DNA from: a virus
Reading direction: 5' to 3' (one strand)
DNA length: 64,000 bases
IMG/VR virus record: IMGVR_UViG_3300020234_000021
The translations under genes were made by a program, and so were the position numbers. Shown here piece by piece: positions 35,461 to 44,502 of this stretch. The notes under the pieces were generated by a model, which was not told where the DNA came from, made no database searches, and worked only from the letters and a program-made list of their open reading frames with translations. Position 1 is the first letter of the stretch. Each line of letters starts with the position of its first letter.

Positions 35461-35769
35461 GTGGCGAAAACGAAAGGCAACGACCTGTACGTCTGCCCAC
35501 GCTGCGGCGAAGGCGACAACGACCTGACCATCATCGGCACGTGCGAGTGGCACCTGTACCACGGGAAGCTGGTCTCTGATCCGAGCTCGATGACGTTCGA
35601 CGACACGAACCCGGCGCGCTGCGAATGCGGCTTCTCGGGCACGGTGGAGTCGTTCAAGACCCAGGGCGATATGTTCGCCGCCGATCCTGGCGACGATCCC
35701 CTGGCCGACCGCGTGAAGGTGGCCGAATCAGGCCCCTGGAATGGATGGTTCGGGAAGGAGCCCTCATGA
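35461..35769 (+). CDS. Zn-finger protein
   Basis: CPRCG...CECG; 102 aa. Confidence 0.5.
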   Translation: MAKTKGNDLYVCPRCGEGDNDLTIIGTCEWHLYHGKLVSDPSSMTFDDTNPARCECGFSGTVESFKTQGDMFAADPGDDPLADRVKVAESGPWNGWFGKEPS

Positions 35770-35987
35770 AAAAACAGATCGACGCGACCAACGCCGAGCT
35801 GCGAGTGATCATGGCCGACTATGGTCTCACTCGAAAACAGGCAGCCAGATTGTGCATGGCCAGCGAGAGTGCCGTCGATCGATGGCTGCTCGCGCCGCTC
35901 AATTCAGGCTACCGTCGGATGTCCCCGCATCGGCTGAAATTGCTGGTGCTGGAGATCGCCAACAAGCGGTTGCGCAAGCTGACTTAG
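35766..35987 (+). CDS. XRE-family helix-turn-helix regulator
   Basis: LRVIMADYGLTRKQAARLCMASESAVDRWL HTH; ATGA-coupled; last gene of the small-ORF operon. Confidence 0.7.
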   Translation: MKKQIDATNAELRVIMADYGLTRKQAARLCMASESAVDRWLLAPLNSGYRRMSPHRLKLLVLEIANKRLRKLT

Positions 35988-35998
35988 TCAGGCACTAT
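35970..35998 (+). promoter_or_regulatory. Candidate sigma70 promoter with CTGAC-TTA-GTCAGG operator in its spacer
   Basis: TTGCGC(35970-75)-N17-CACTAT(35993-98); the operator occupies the same spacer position as in the 32948 promoter. Confidence 0.5.
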
Positions 35999-36003
35999 TG
36001 ATT

Positions 36004-36168
36004 CGCAGGAAAGCGCGCGGTAGCCAACCCGCCAGGCCTACGGAAGGCCCGCACCTCCTCCCGGTAACCAGCCCGGGCGCACGCTGAGACCCTGGTAGAC
36101 CAGGCGAGCCGGAAAGCGATACACCAAGCGAAAACAAGCAACGCCCCTGTTTGTGGGGGCGTATTTCT
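36004..36168 (+). ncRNA. Candidate structured leader or CsrA-binding (RsmY-like) sRNA
   Basis: Starts at the predicted TSS. Hairpins CGC-AGGAAA-GCG, GGCCT-ACGGA-AGGCC, CCTGG-TAGA-CCAGG and a final 7-bp GC stem followed by ATTTCT. Confidence 0.35.
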
Positions 36169-36193
36169 ACTCTCATTTGCAAGGACAACTATC

Positions 36194-37390
36194 ATGCAAA
36201 ACGGAATGAAACTCGAAGGTCTGCTCGAAAAAGTGATCCGCCAGAACGACGTCAAACACGACTATGTCACGTCCACGAAGGACAATGTGCGCATGGTCGA
36301 AGATGACGACCAAGTCTGGCTGGTGTTGCTGAAGGCAGGCTCAGGTGAGTTCTCCCGATTCGCCATTGCAGAGCAAGCACACCGACAGATCTCGTATCGC
36401 CTCGGCATTCCCTGGAAGTACTACCAGCGGTGCCTCAACGATCACCGAGACCTGATTGTGATCCAGGTCAACGCGCTGTTCGAGCGCGAGCCCGAGACCC
36501 GATTGTTTCGAGTCCTGGACGGCCGGGTGCGTGCCTTCCTGTCGAATCGCTACCGTACCCTCGACAACTATGAGGTGCTGGCCAAGGTGCTGCCACCGCT
36601 TACCAATGGGGACATCGAGTCCCAGTTGATCAGCTCGAATGTTGGCGAAAACAAGATGCACCTCAAGGTGCTGTTCACCGACGACAAACTGGCGATCGAC
36701 CTGGGCGAAAACCCACACGGTAAGACCACGAACGGCTGGGGAGATCCTGGCCAGAACGTGGACATGGACGCAGCCCACAACGTGATCGCTCAACGCGATG
36801 CCGGCCGGCGAATCGTTCGCCCCGGGATCCGACTGAGCAATTCCGAGACCGGGCAAGGCGGCCTGAACGTCGAGGGATTCCTGTTCGACAGCTACTGTCT
36901 GAACGGGCTCGTTTGGGGCGTCGAAACCGCTTTCAAGTTCAGCCGGAACCACATCGGTGGTCGCCTGATCGAAGGCGTGGATTTCGAGGTGTTCACGGAT
37001 GAGACCAAGCGCAAGCAAGATGAGGTGATCATGGCAGAGGTGGCCGACGCCTTGGCGGCCATGGTCGATCCGGAGCGCGTACGCGCGATGGGCGAACGGT
37101 TGCACGCTATCAAGGATGGCGAAAAAGCCGGCAAGCCCGTTGCTGCGGTTGAAGCGATCGCGGAGGTGGTCGAGCTGACTGAGAACGAGCAGGCCTCGGT
37201 GCTGGAGACGTTCCTCAAGGACGGCGACTACTCTCAGTGGGGCATGGTCAGCGCGGTCACGGAGGTGGCCAACACTGGTGATTACGCTCGTGCCTGCGAG
37301 CTGGAAACGATCGGTGCGAAAATCATCGATCTCGATCTCAACCAGTGGGCGAAGATTGCGCGGGCCGAGCCCGTTCTGATCGCCGCCTGA
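36194..37390 (+). CDS. DUF932-type phage/plasmid protein
   Basis: RAFLSNRYRTLDNYEVL, GIRLSNSETG.G.L.V..FLF...C.NG.V, S.WGMVSAVTEVAN motifs. Confidence 0.75.
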   Translation: MQNGMKLEGLLEKVIRQNDVKHDYVTSTKDNVRMVEDDDQVWLVLLKAGSGEFSRFAIAEQAHRQISYRLGIPWKYYQRCLNDHRDLIVIQVNALFEREPETRLFRVLDGRVRAFLSNRYRTLDNYEVLAKVLPPLTNGDIESQLISSNVGENKMHLKVLFTDDKLAIDLGENPHGKTTNGWGDPGQNVDMDAAHNVIAQRDAGRRIVRPGIRLSNSETGQGGLNVEGFLFDSYCLNGLVWGVETAFKFSRNHIGGRLIEGVDFEVFTDETKRKQDEVIMAEVADALAAMVDPERVRAMGERLHAIKDGEKAGKPVAAVEAIAEVVELTENEQASVLETFLKDGDYSQWGMVSAVTEVANTGDYARACELETIGAKIIDLDLNQWAKIARAEPVLIAA

Positions 37391-37413
37391 TACAATACGA
37401 TCCCCCCCGACTC

Positions 37414-37442
37414 GGGCGCCCATCGCGGGCGCCCTTTTTTTT
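37414..37442 (+). terminator. Rho-independent terminator
   Basis: GGGCGCCC-ATCGC-GGGCGCCC followed by T8, 24 nt after the stop at the convergence point. Confidence 0.85.
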
Positions 37443-37499
37443 GGCCGAAATACCCCATAGCAGCATATGGCCCGGGGTGCGAACGTGGCGCCAGCGGCC

Positions 37500-37739
37500 T
37501 TACAGAGCCCCGTATTTCCACAATTTCGTGAATATCGGGTGCATGCCCAGTTTGGCCTGAACAATGCGATCGTGGCGCGCGAGTACCATTCGGATCGACG
37601 CGCTGGCGCGGCAACCTGCGCAGTAGTTCACCACCTGGCCGAGCTGGCCGACGAAGTCGTCGATCGATCGCCATTTGTAGCAATTCGGGCATTTCCTTTC
37701 CAGGCGGTTGAAGCTGATTCGATCCGGCGTTTCCTTCAT
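37500..37739 (-). CDS. Zn-finger protein
   Basis: ATGA-coupled start; CPNC...CAGC. Confidence 0.5.
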   Translation of the reverse strand: MKETPDRISFNRLERKCPNCYKWRSIDDFVGQLGQVVNYCAGCRASASIRMVLARHDRIVQAKLGMHPIFTKLWKYGAL

Positions 37740-38128
37740 ACCAACTTGACCTCGATCCCCGTCATCGCCTCGAACACCGCGCGCTTGAACCGCATCGGGT
37801 AGGTGTCCATGCCCTTGACGTCCTCGACCACCACGGTCGCCTCGCACCGCGTCGAGTCGAGCTCCACGTATCTGAAGTCATCGGTGTAGCTCGCCTGGCG
37901 GCCGTTGGGATAGCCCTTGCTGCGGATCAGGACGGGGCGCCCCTCGATTACCAACTTCGTTTTGGTGTGGACCTTCAGCTTGAAGATCTCGCCAGCGCGT
38001 TCCAGCAACTTGAGCTCGACATATCGAGCGTGCTCGCGCTTCGAGTCGAACTGGATCCCGTCCTGGCTGACCTTGGTGTTGTGGTACTTCGCGGCGTTCG
38101 GTCCAAACCGCATCACTGCCCTAACCAT
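37736..38128 (-). CDS. DUF1064-type PD-(D/E)xK nuclease (putative resolvase)
   Basis: KYHNTKV..DGIQFDSKRE..RY.ELK...GEI..L...Y..DF.Y...VEDVKG. Start may be 38113. Confidence 0.75.
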   Translation of the reverse strand: MVRAVMRFGPNAAKYHNTKVSQDGIQFDSKREHARYVELKLLERAGEIFKLKVHTKTKLVIEGRPVLIRSKGYPNGRQASYTDDFRYVELDSTRCEATVVVEDVKGMDTYPMRFKRAVFEAMTGIEVKLV

Positions 38129-38315
38129 GTGCTTCGAGGAGCTCGATTGCCTTGGCCATGCACGCGATCCGGTGGTCAGCGTCACGCTGGCTGATCTTGT
38201 CCCGCTCGATCCAGCGCGGGTACAACTGCTGGCGCATCTCCAGCTCGCGGCGCACCTCGTTGATGACCATGACCACGTCCACCTCGGGTGCGCCAAACAT
38301 GTCGGGTTCACTCAT
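38121..38315 (-). CDS. Hypothetical protein
   Basis: EVRRELEMR..LYPRWI...KI...A..RI motif; ATGA-coupled. Confidence 0.6.
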   Translation of the reverse strand: MSEPDMFGAPEVDVVMVINEVRRELEMRQQLYPRWIERDKISQRDADHRIACMAKAIELLEAHG

Positions 38316-38650
38316 GCGAATCGATCCTTGATTTTGTAGCCGGCCCACGCCAGGCCGATGGCAATGAACGGCACCGCCCAGGACCAGAGGATGACCTCCA
38401 CGCCGCCCCAGACGTCGCCAGCGCCGATCCGATACCAACCCACACTGGCGACTATCAACAGATAGATCACCCAGGGGACGTACACGTGCGAGCTCCAGTA
38501 CGGCCCATGGCGAAAACTCTCGGTGAACACGTCGAGCGCGTGGTGGTGAGCTCGCCACGGGCTGTCCAGCAGCGCGTTGAAGTTCGAGACCAGCGCATGC
38601 TCTTTCACCGCCGGCCACTCAGCTCTCATCTTCTCGATTCTCATTCCCAT
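38312..38650 (-). CDS. Membrane protein
   Basis: Two hydrophobic C-terminal helices. Confidence 0.5.
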   Translation of the reverse strand: MGMRIEKMRAEWPAVKEHALVSNFNALLDSPWRAHHHALDVFTESFRHGPYWSSHVYVPWVIYLLIVASVGWYRIGAGDVWGGVEVILWSWAVPFIAIGLAWAGYKIKDRFA

Positions 38651-38660
38651 CAGTTCGCTC

Positions 38661-38942
38661 CTACCATTGAAGTTGTTGCCCCGTGCCCGCTTTGGACATG
38701 GGTTCCGGTGGCCTGGGGTAGCGCTTGTTCAGCGCCTGTTCCAACGGCCACGCCTCGATGTCTGTGTACTGCCACTCCAGGGGCATCGTTCGCTCCCCGG
38801 CGGCACCGCACCCACCGCACGTGATGACTACCAACTTGCCCACCTTGGCCGGGTACGGGTGAGTGCCCAGGCGTTCGAGCCCGCAGTTGGGACAATCCAC
38901 TGCCATCAGCCGGTTGATCATCTGTTTGTGAAAATCAGTCAT
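38661..38942 (-). CDS. Zn-finger protein
   Basis: CPNCG...CGGCG. Confidence 0.5.
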   Translation of the reverse strand: MTDFHKQMINRLMAVDCPNCGLERLGTHPYPAKVGKLVVITCGGCGAAGERTMPLEWQYTDIEAWPLEQALNKRYPRPPEPMSKAGTGQQLQW

Positions 38943-39271
38943 GGTCGTTCCTCAAGGTTCCTGGCGAGCTCGAAGATGCTAACCGGGTACGCCAGGTGAT
39001 CGTCCACCCACTCCAGCCACTCCACCTGGGTACCGAATAGGCGCTCCCAACTCAGCACGCCCACGCCTGCGTCGATGCCGAAGGAGCCGGTGTGATATTT
39101 CGCGAGCAGTGGGATCTGTAAAAAGGGATTCTGCCGTAGTCCCATGCCAACGTGCCATCCGACGTCCTTCATGGAACCACCATGGCAATGGTGGAGCGTC
39201 ACTGGGGTCTGTCTGCTTACAGCACATGGCAACATCCTCAGTCGTTTCTCGTGGGACGTGATCGTGATCAC
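38939..39271 (-). CDS. Ref/DUF968-like HNH-related nuclease
   Basis: LPC....TLHH..GG...GMG.R....QIPL...YH.G..GI..G...WE..FGTQ. Two expected Cys ligands appear replaced. Confidence 0.55.
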   Translation of the reverse strand: MITITSHEKRLRMLPCAVSRQTPVTLHHCHGGSMKDVGWHVGMGLRQNPFLQIPLLAKYHTGSFGIDAGVGVLSWERLFGTQVEWLEWVDDHLAYPVSIFELARNLEERP

Positions 39272-39624
39272 GGGTATAGCAGGCCGCCGACGGCGAACTT
39301 GTGCGGATCCACATGGAGCTCACGTGGCAGCGCCCCATCCGACGACCTGACCTTCGACCAGGCGAGACGGCAACGGAACTTGACCACCTCCAACTGGGTG
39401 TCGTACTCGTGCTCTCTGAGCACCGCCGGCCGGCTGCGCCAGAAAAATGTCTCGGGCTGGAAGCTGTCGCGGTAGTCGAGCACGGCCTTCTTAAAGGCCC
39501 GGGCGGCAGCGTGGACCGCGAGTAGCTCGAACTCCTCCACGGTCAGTCTCATGATCACCGCGCAGGTGCCGCCCATGTAGTGCTCGTTCTCGAACGGGAT
39601 CCACTGAAATATCTCAGGAATCAT
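39268..39624 (-). CDS. Hypothetical protein
   Basis: Start moved to ATG 39624 (ATGA overlap). Confidence 0.45.
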   Translation of the reverse strand: MIPEIFQWIPFENEHYMGGTCAVIMRLTVEEFELLAVHAAARAFKKAVLDYRDSFQPETFFWRSRPAVLREHEYDTQLEVVKFRCRLAWSKVRSSDGALPRELHVDPHKFAVGGLLYP

Positions 39625-40520
39625 GACGTCACTCGCTCCTCGTTCCAGGCAACAAACGGCTTGCGGATGGTCCGATGATAGCGCTCTGCGGCGACCGAGT
39701 CCGTGTCCAGCTCGCGCCGAGACTCGATCTCCAGATCCTCCTTCATCCAGCGCGCGGCGTGCTCCGCAGTCGTGATCGGGAGACTGTCCGGGCTCACGTG
39801 GGCGTAGTTCAGCCACTCCCAGAACAACTCGTTGTGACACAGCATCGCGGCCCAGTTCGCCAGGGTCTTTTTGTGCCTGACCTTGGTGTCGTGACTCGCG
39901 TCACCATGTGGGACATCTGTGTCCACAGGCGTACCACCCCTCGCCGCCCACTCGTGGGGAAACTCCTTGAAGCACCAGACTCCATCCGGATTCTCCATCT
40001 TGCAAAGATCCACACCCTCATCTGTGCAATCGCACGGTACTCGGTCATCGACAGCGGGCGCCGACTCCGCCGGTTCACCTCCTTTGGCTTTCGCATGCGC
40101 GGCTTCGACGCGCTCCCGTTGCTTCTGGTCGACGGCGATCCCATCGTCTCCCATCTCTACCAGCGCAACCATGAAAGAGTGATCGTTCCGGGCGTACCCT
40201 TCGAGCGGGTGATTCCCCGCATCCGGTGGTTCCATCCAAAACGTCACGGTGTAGCCCTGGGTGGAGGTATCCCCCCAGCCGGCGAGCATCAGTTCACCGT
40301 CGTAGGCGACGGATTTCTCAATCTTGACCACGGGCGACATGACGGCATGGAACACAGTTCCCGCCCGTTTGCCGCGCCGCTTGGTGAATGCCTTGAACGG
40401 GTTGGGCCGGTCCTCGTTCGGAGACGCGATCCGGAACCGCGCCATGTGCCCATCCTTGTCGTTCCACTTCGCTTCGAGCAGCATCAGCTCGCCAGTCCAG
40501 GCCAGGGGTGCGCTGGTCAT
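39621..40520 (-). CDS. Hypothetical phage protein
   Basis: 299 aa; C-terminal AAMLC.N..FW.WL...IESRRELD motif. Confidence 0.55.
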   Translation of the reverse strand: MTSAPLAWTGELMLLEAKWNDKDGHMARFRIASPNEDRPNPFKAFTKRRGKRAGTVFHAVMSPVVKIEKSVAYDGELMLAGWGDTSTQGYTVTFWMEPPDAGNHPLEGYARNDHSFMVALVEMGDDGIAVDQKQRERVEAAHAKAKGGEPAESAPAVDDRVPCDCTDEGVDLCKMENPDGVWCFKEFPHEWAARGGTPVDTDVPHGDASHDTKVRHKKTLANWAAMLCHNELFWEWLNYAHVSPDSLPITTAEHAARWMKEDLEIESRRELDTDSVAAERYHRTIRKPFVAWNEERVTS

Positions 40521-41095
40521 TTTTTCGCCTCCAATAGCGCCATCTCCTTGTGGACCCAGCGCTTGAGTAGGCCCAGGTCACGGTCCAGGTGCTTCTGCTC
40601 ACACCAGTAGCACGCCCCGTGGGTCCATGATCGATTCGGCGGCGGATAGTGGTGGAGTTTCTCCTTCTTCTCCCCTTCCCCCCACACGTCGGCGTGGTCG
40701 ATCGCGTGCTGGCCTCGCGCCCATCCTTGGATCCGCCACGGTCCAATGCCCGTGACCAACACGAACAGATCCTTGGGGTTGTCCCACTCCTCGATGCGAA
40801 GCGGCCAGGAGTGCCCCTCGGCCGTGCGCACCTGGAGGACATTGCCCACGTCCTTGGCGCCGAGATCACCCAGGCACCCGTCCCAGGGCACCTCGGCAAA
40901 GCGCGCCACAACCAGCTCACCCGAGGCGCCGTTGATGTTGTACCAGAACCCGTTCTGGGCAATGTTGGGATCCACCACGCCGGAGCGCTTGTACTTCCGG
41001 GCGCTGTTCTGGCGACGGACACCGACGTCCCCTCCGGCGAGGTTCCTGTCGTCCTCGCTCAGGTCGAGCTCGAAGGGGCCTATGATCTTCTTCAC
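40517..41095 (-). CDS. Hypothetical protein (possible restriction-endonuclease-like fold)
   Basis: GA.GELVVARF...DVG...QVRT pattern; 192 aa. Confidence 0.5.
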   Translation of the reverse strand: MKKIIGPFELDLSEDDRNLAGGDVGVRRQNSARKYKRSGVVDPNIAQNGFWYNINGASGELVVARFAEVPWDGCLGDLGAKDVGNVLQVRTAEGHSWPLRIEEWDNPKDLFVLVTGIGPWRIQGWARGQHAIDHADVWGEGEKKEKLHHYPPPNRSWTHGACYWCEQKHLDRDLGLLKRWVHKEMALLEAKK

Positions 41096-41364
41096 GGCGT
41101 CGAGAACGGGCGCGCCTGCCCGAACTGCTCCTGCTTGTCCTGGTGCAGGTCGTACACCTCCATGATGGTCCGGAACGAATCGTTCTGGATCGCCTTGTGG
41201 ATGCGCCAGTAGGTCTCTCGGGGTCCGTCCTTGATGAAGTGCGACTCGTACTGCATATCCTTCGTGTTCGAGATCACCAGCAACCAGTGCTCGTCGTTCA
41301 TCACACCTTCGTCGAACCAGTCACTCGCCATCGACCGCCAGGCCGGGGCGCCCTTCGAGGTCAT
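41092..41364 (-). CDS. Hypothetical protein
   Basis: ATG 41364 overlaps the upstream stop. Confidence 0.5.
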   Translation of the reverse strand: MTSKGAPAWRSMASDWFDEGVMNDEHWLLVISNTKDMQYESHFIKDGPRETYWRIHKAIQNDSFRTIMEVYDLHQDKQEQFGQARPFSTP

Positions 41365-41549
41365 AACATCCCTTCCTTCCTGGCGAACCAGGTCTCGACC
41401 ATCAGAACCCCGTCCCGGTGCCAGTCGGACACCGACAGGGGTACCCAAAATATCTTGCCCGTACTCTCCAACTTGATCTGGCGAGCTCGAAGCGTGGCGG
41501 TCATCTCGGCCGCCTTGAAGTAGTCGCGATCCGCGTCGTCGTCCATCAT
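41361..41549 (-). CDS. Small hypothetical protein
   Basis: 62 aa; FWVPLSV...ETWFARKEGM motif. Confidence 0.55.
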   Translation of the reverse strand: MMDDDADRDYFKAAEMTATLRARQIKLESTGKIFWVPLSVSDWHRDGVLMVETWFARKEGML

Positions 41550-41656
41550 TTCTTGCCCGTGAAATTGTGAGGCTCCCGGCTCCAGTGCTTGGTCTCACAG
41601 ATCGGGCACATCGGCGTCTGTTTCTCGCCGCGTTTCTTTGGGGTTCCCTTCTTCAT
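41546..41656 (-). CDS. 36-aa peptide with CxxC...H
   Basis: Read by hand: MKKGTPKKRGEKQTPMCPICETKHWSREPHNFTGKK; ATGA-coupled at both ends. Confidence 0.45.
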   Translation of the reverse strand: MKKGTPKKRGEKQTPMCPICETKHWSREPHNFTGKK

Positions 41657-42612
41657 CCGTAATTCACTCCTACGTCTTTGCTGACGACATCGAGCATGTC
41701 ACACCCAGTTTCGACCGGCGTAACCACCTCCACTGCCTGGGTACCCTTCCGCGCCTGGAGCCTCCTGGCCAGGGTGTATGCAGCGGCTTGCCCGGTGTAA
41801 CTTTGGTCCTTGTCAGCGCAGATGATGAACCGCTCGTAGTGATCTGGAACCACCAACCCATCCATCCCGTTGGCAGTTAGGGTGGCCCAGCAATCGGCCG
41901 GATCCGAGACGTAGATAGAGCCCGCCAACGCGGTCTCGATCCCTTCCGCCACCAGCAGCGTCGACGCGCCATAACCATTGGTGGTCAGGCGCACGGCGCC
42001 ACCGATCAGATTCTCCAGGGTGGGCATGGTCTTTTTCTCGCGCCCCAGGTCGGCGGTGCCGATGTAGGTCCGGTGGATCGAGATCGGCCGGCCGGCGGCG
42101 CTACGAACCCGGGCCAGCATCGCTTCTCGTATGCGGTTCACTCCGCCCGCCCAGTACGGCGTCATCCGGCAGCCCTTCACGTCGGGCATGTGCTGCGCCA
42201 TCTCGTCGGGCAGACCGCGCGAGACCAGGTAGCTGTCGACCAGGGCCGGGAAGTCATCCAGGTTCCACAGCTCATTCAGGGCACGCTGCTTGTCAGCGAT
42301 CGAGCGCTCCTGCTTGAACGATTTCTTCGCATCCGGCTGTTTGGTGTCGCCCAGGATCTCGTCGACTCGCGCCGCCGTGCCGGCGAAGTCCATACTCAAC
42401 CAGCGACCCAACAGCGTCATGCCGTCTCCGGATCCACACTGGTTACAAAAAAACGTGCCCCGGCCCTCCTTGTCATCGAACCGGAAGCGGTCGCTGCCGC
42501 CACAGATCGGGCAGGCAGTGTGCTTGTCGGTGAGCAGATCCGGATCCATGTTGGCGTACTCCAGGATCCAGTGCCAATAGCCCTTCGCCCGCTCAACCGT
42601 CGATGTCTGCAC
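41653..42612 (-). CDS. DNA primase (Zn-ribbon + Toprim, P4 alpha-like)
   Basis: HTACPICGGSDRFRFDDKEGRGTFFCNQCGSGDG; SIHRTY; VAEGIETALA; ADKD....GQAAA. Confidence 0.85.
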   Translation of the reverse strand: MQTSTVERAKGYWHWILEYANMDPDLLTDKHTACPICGGSDRFRFDDKEGRGTFFCNQCGSGDGMTLLGRWLSMDFAGTAARVDEILGDTKQPDAKKSFKQERSIADKQRALNELWNLDDFPALVDSYLVSRGLPDEMAQHMPDVKGCRMTPYWAGGVNRIREAMLARVRSAAGRPISIHRTYIGTADLGREKKTMPTLENLIGGAVRLTTNGYGASTLLVAEGIETALAGSIYVSDPADCWATLTANGMDGLVVPDHYERFIICADKDQSYTGQAAAYTLARRLQARKGTQAVEVVTPVETGCDMLDVVSKDVGVNYG

Positions 42613-44125
42613 GCCGTGACTCCTGCTTTTTCTTGGCGAATGAGAACTTCATGTTGAGGTGCCTGATGTAGGCCATGAACTCGGGCTCCAGCAACACGTT
42701 GTCGAATTCGGGGAAGTCCCGATCCGGAAATTCCTTGAACTTGTCCTTGTATTTGTAGTGGGCCCAGTTGCGCTTGTAGCCCTTCTGATCGGCGTATTTC
42801 AGGAACTGGTTGAACCACTTCACCCGCTCATAGCGGCGCCACTGACGTGGGTTGGCTGGGCGCTTGGCGTCCTCCACCGCGACCAGGTCGCCGGTCAGCG
42901 AGTTAACGTACCGACCCATCCGCTCGGGGACGTGACCGCACATCGGACAGTTGATCTGGCCCGCGTAGACGGCCGCGCATTTCATGCAGGTGATCGTGGT
43001 CTTTTCGCGCAGCTTCTGGATCTTGAGCGTCTCGCGCTCCGCGATCCCGCCCGAGTCCAATGTCCAGGGGTACGGCTCGTCCAGCTTGCCGTGGCGGTAC
43101 ACCGCACCCGAATGATCGATCACGTAGAAGTCTTCCTTGCCAGGGGCAGTCCTGGCGCCTCGACCGCCCATCTGCACGTACAACGAGTAGTTCTTGGTCG
43201 GCCGTGCCAGCACGATGCAACTGATCTCGGGCTCGTCGAACCCCTCGGTCAGCACCATGCAGTTGCAGATCACCTGGACGCGGCCGTCGCGCACCTGCTC
43301 GATGATCTTGTCTCGATCGTGCTGGGGCGTGGTGCCGTCGATGTGCGCGGCGTGGATCCCAAACTTCAAGAACTCGTCACGCAGGTGGATGGAATGGGCC
43401 ACGCCTGATGCGAACACGATGGTGCGTCTATCCTTGGCCAAACGTAGCCAGTTCTGTACAACATCACCCACAAGTGTCGCGTCGTCCATGAACTCCTGGA
43501 GCGAGGACTCGTCGTAGTCGCCGCGCTTTGTTTTCACCCCGCTCAGGTCTGGCTTCGAGGGCGCGAAGTGCTTGGGCGGCACCAGAAATCCCATGGCAAT
43601 GAGCTCGGTGATGCCGGGTGTCTGGACCATGTGTTCGTAAACGTGACCAAGACCCTTTCCGTCCGGGCGCTGGGGTGTCGCGGTCAGGCCCAGGATCACC
43701 GCGCCCCGCTCCTTGTACGTGTCGATCATCCGCAGGTAGGTCGGTGCCAGCGATCGATGCGCCTCGTCGATGATCACCACCTTCGCCTCGGGGAAGGCCC
43801 GCGTACCTCTCATGTATCGAGCTCGAAACGTGTCGATCGACGCGACTCGCACGCCAACCCAGTCGTCCTCGAACTCGCCCGACATGATCAGCCCGTGCGG
43901 CACGCCGAACTTCTCCAGCTTGTCGGAGCACTGGTAGACCAGCTCGCGGCGGTGAGCGAAAAATATGGTGCCGGATCCTTTGTCGGCGGCGGCCTTGACC
44001 AACTGCGCAGCGATCACCGTCTTGCCGGATCCGGTCGGTGCCTGGAGGAGCATGGCGCGATAGCCGGCCAGGAAGCCGTCGCGCAGATCCATGTGGCTCT
44101 TGGTCTGGTAGTCGCGCAGCTCCAC
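42593..44125 (-). CDS. SF2 DEAD/DEAH-box helicase
   Basis: LRDYQ, QAPTGSGKT, IIDEAH, GLTATP, VLTEGFD.P, Q..GRG.R, C-terminal Zn ribbon. Start moved to GTG 44125. Confidence 0.9.
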   Translation of the reverse strand: MELRDYQTKSHMDLRDGFLAGYRAMLLQAPTGSGKTVIAAQLVKAAADKGSGTIFFAHRRELVYQCSDKLEKFGVPHGLIMSGEFEDDWVGVRVASIDTFRARYMRGTRAFPEAKVVIIDEAHRSLAPTYLRMIDTYKERGAVILGLTATPQRPDGKGLGHVYEHMVQTPGITELIAMGFLVPPKHFAPSKPDLSGVKTKRGDYDESSLQEFMDDATLVGDVVQNWLRLAKDRRTIVFASGVAHSIHLRDEFLKFGIHAAHIDGTTPQHDRDKIIEQVRDGRVQVICNCMVLTEGFDEPEISCIVLARPTKNYSLYVQMGGRGARTAPGKEDFYVIDHSGAVYRHGKLDEPYPWTLDSGGIAERETLKIQKLREKTTITCMKCAAVYAGQINCPMCGHVPERMGRYVNSLTGDLVAVEDAKRPANPRQWRRYERVKWFNQFLKYADQKGYKRNWAHYKYKDKFKEFPDRDFPEFDNVLLEPEFMAYIRHLNMKFSFAKKKQESRRADIDG

Positions 44126-44502
44126 TACAACTTGATCCCCACCATCCACTCGGGTGGCGTCGGGATCACGATGCTGGAGTCGGCTGGGCGCCAGAGGTGC
44201 AGGCAGTACGGGTGGCAGTTGATGTACTTGGACTCGGGCGGATGGTATTGAAGCACGCAGTCCTCCGGCTCCCAGAACACCGCCTTGATATGACACATCT
44301 CCCACCAGGTCGGCGTTCGATGGGCCAGCGACACGCTCGCGTGTTCCCAGCCACCCCCGTCCGATGCGATCACTTGCAGGAGATAGCTGCGCCTGGGCGG
44401 CTTGTCGCTGTTGTTGATTACCTTGACCTCGAACACGCCGTTGTTGCCGTCGCTCGCGTTCGAGAGGGCCTTGAGTCGAAACTTTTCGGGGACGCAGAAC
44501 AT
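44125..44502 (-). CDS. Conserved phage protein
   Basis: GGWEHASVS...RTPTW.EMC..K..FW...VLQYHP....Y.N.HPYCLHLWRP motif. Confidence 0.65.
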   Translation of the reverse strand: MFCVPEKFRLKALSNASDGNNGVFEVKVINNSDKPPRRSYLLQVIASDGGGWEHASVSLAHRTPTWWEMCHIKAVFWEPEDCVLQYHPPESKYINCHPYCLHLWRPADSSIVIPTPPEWMVGIKL

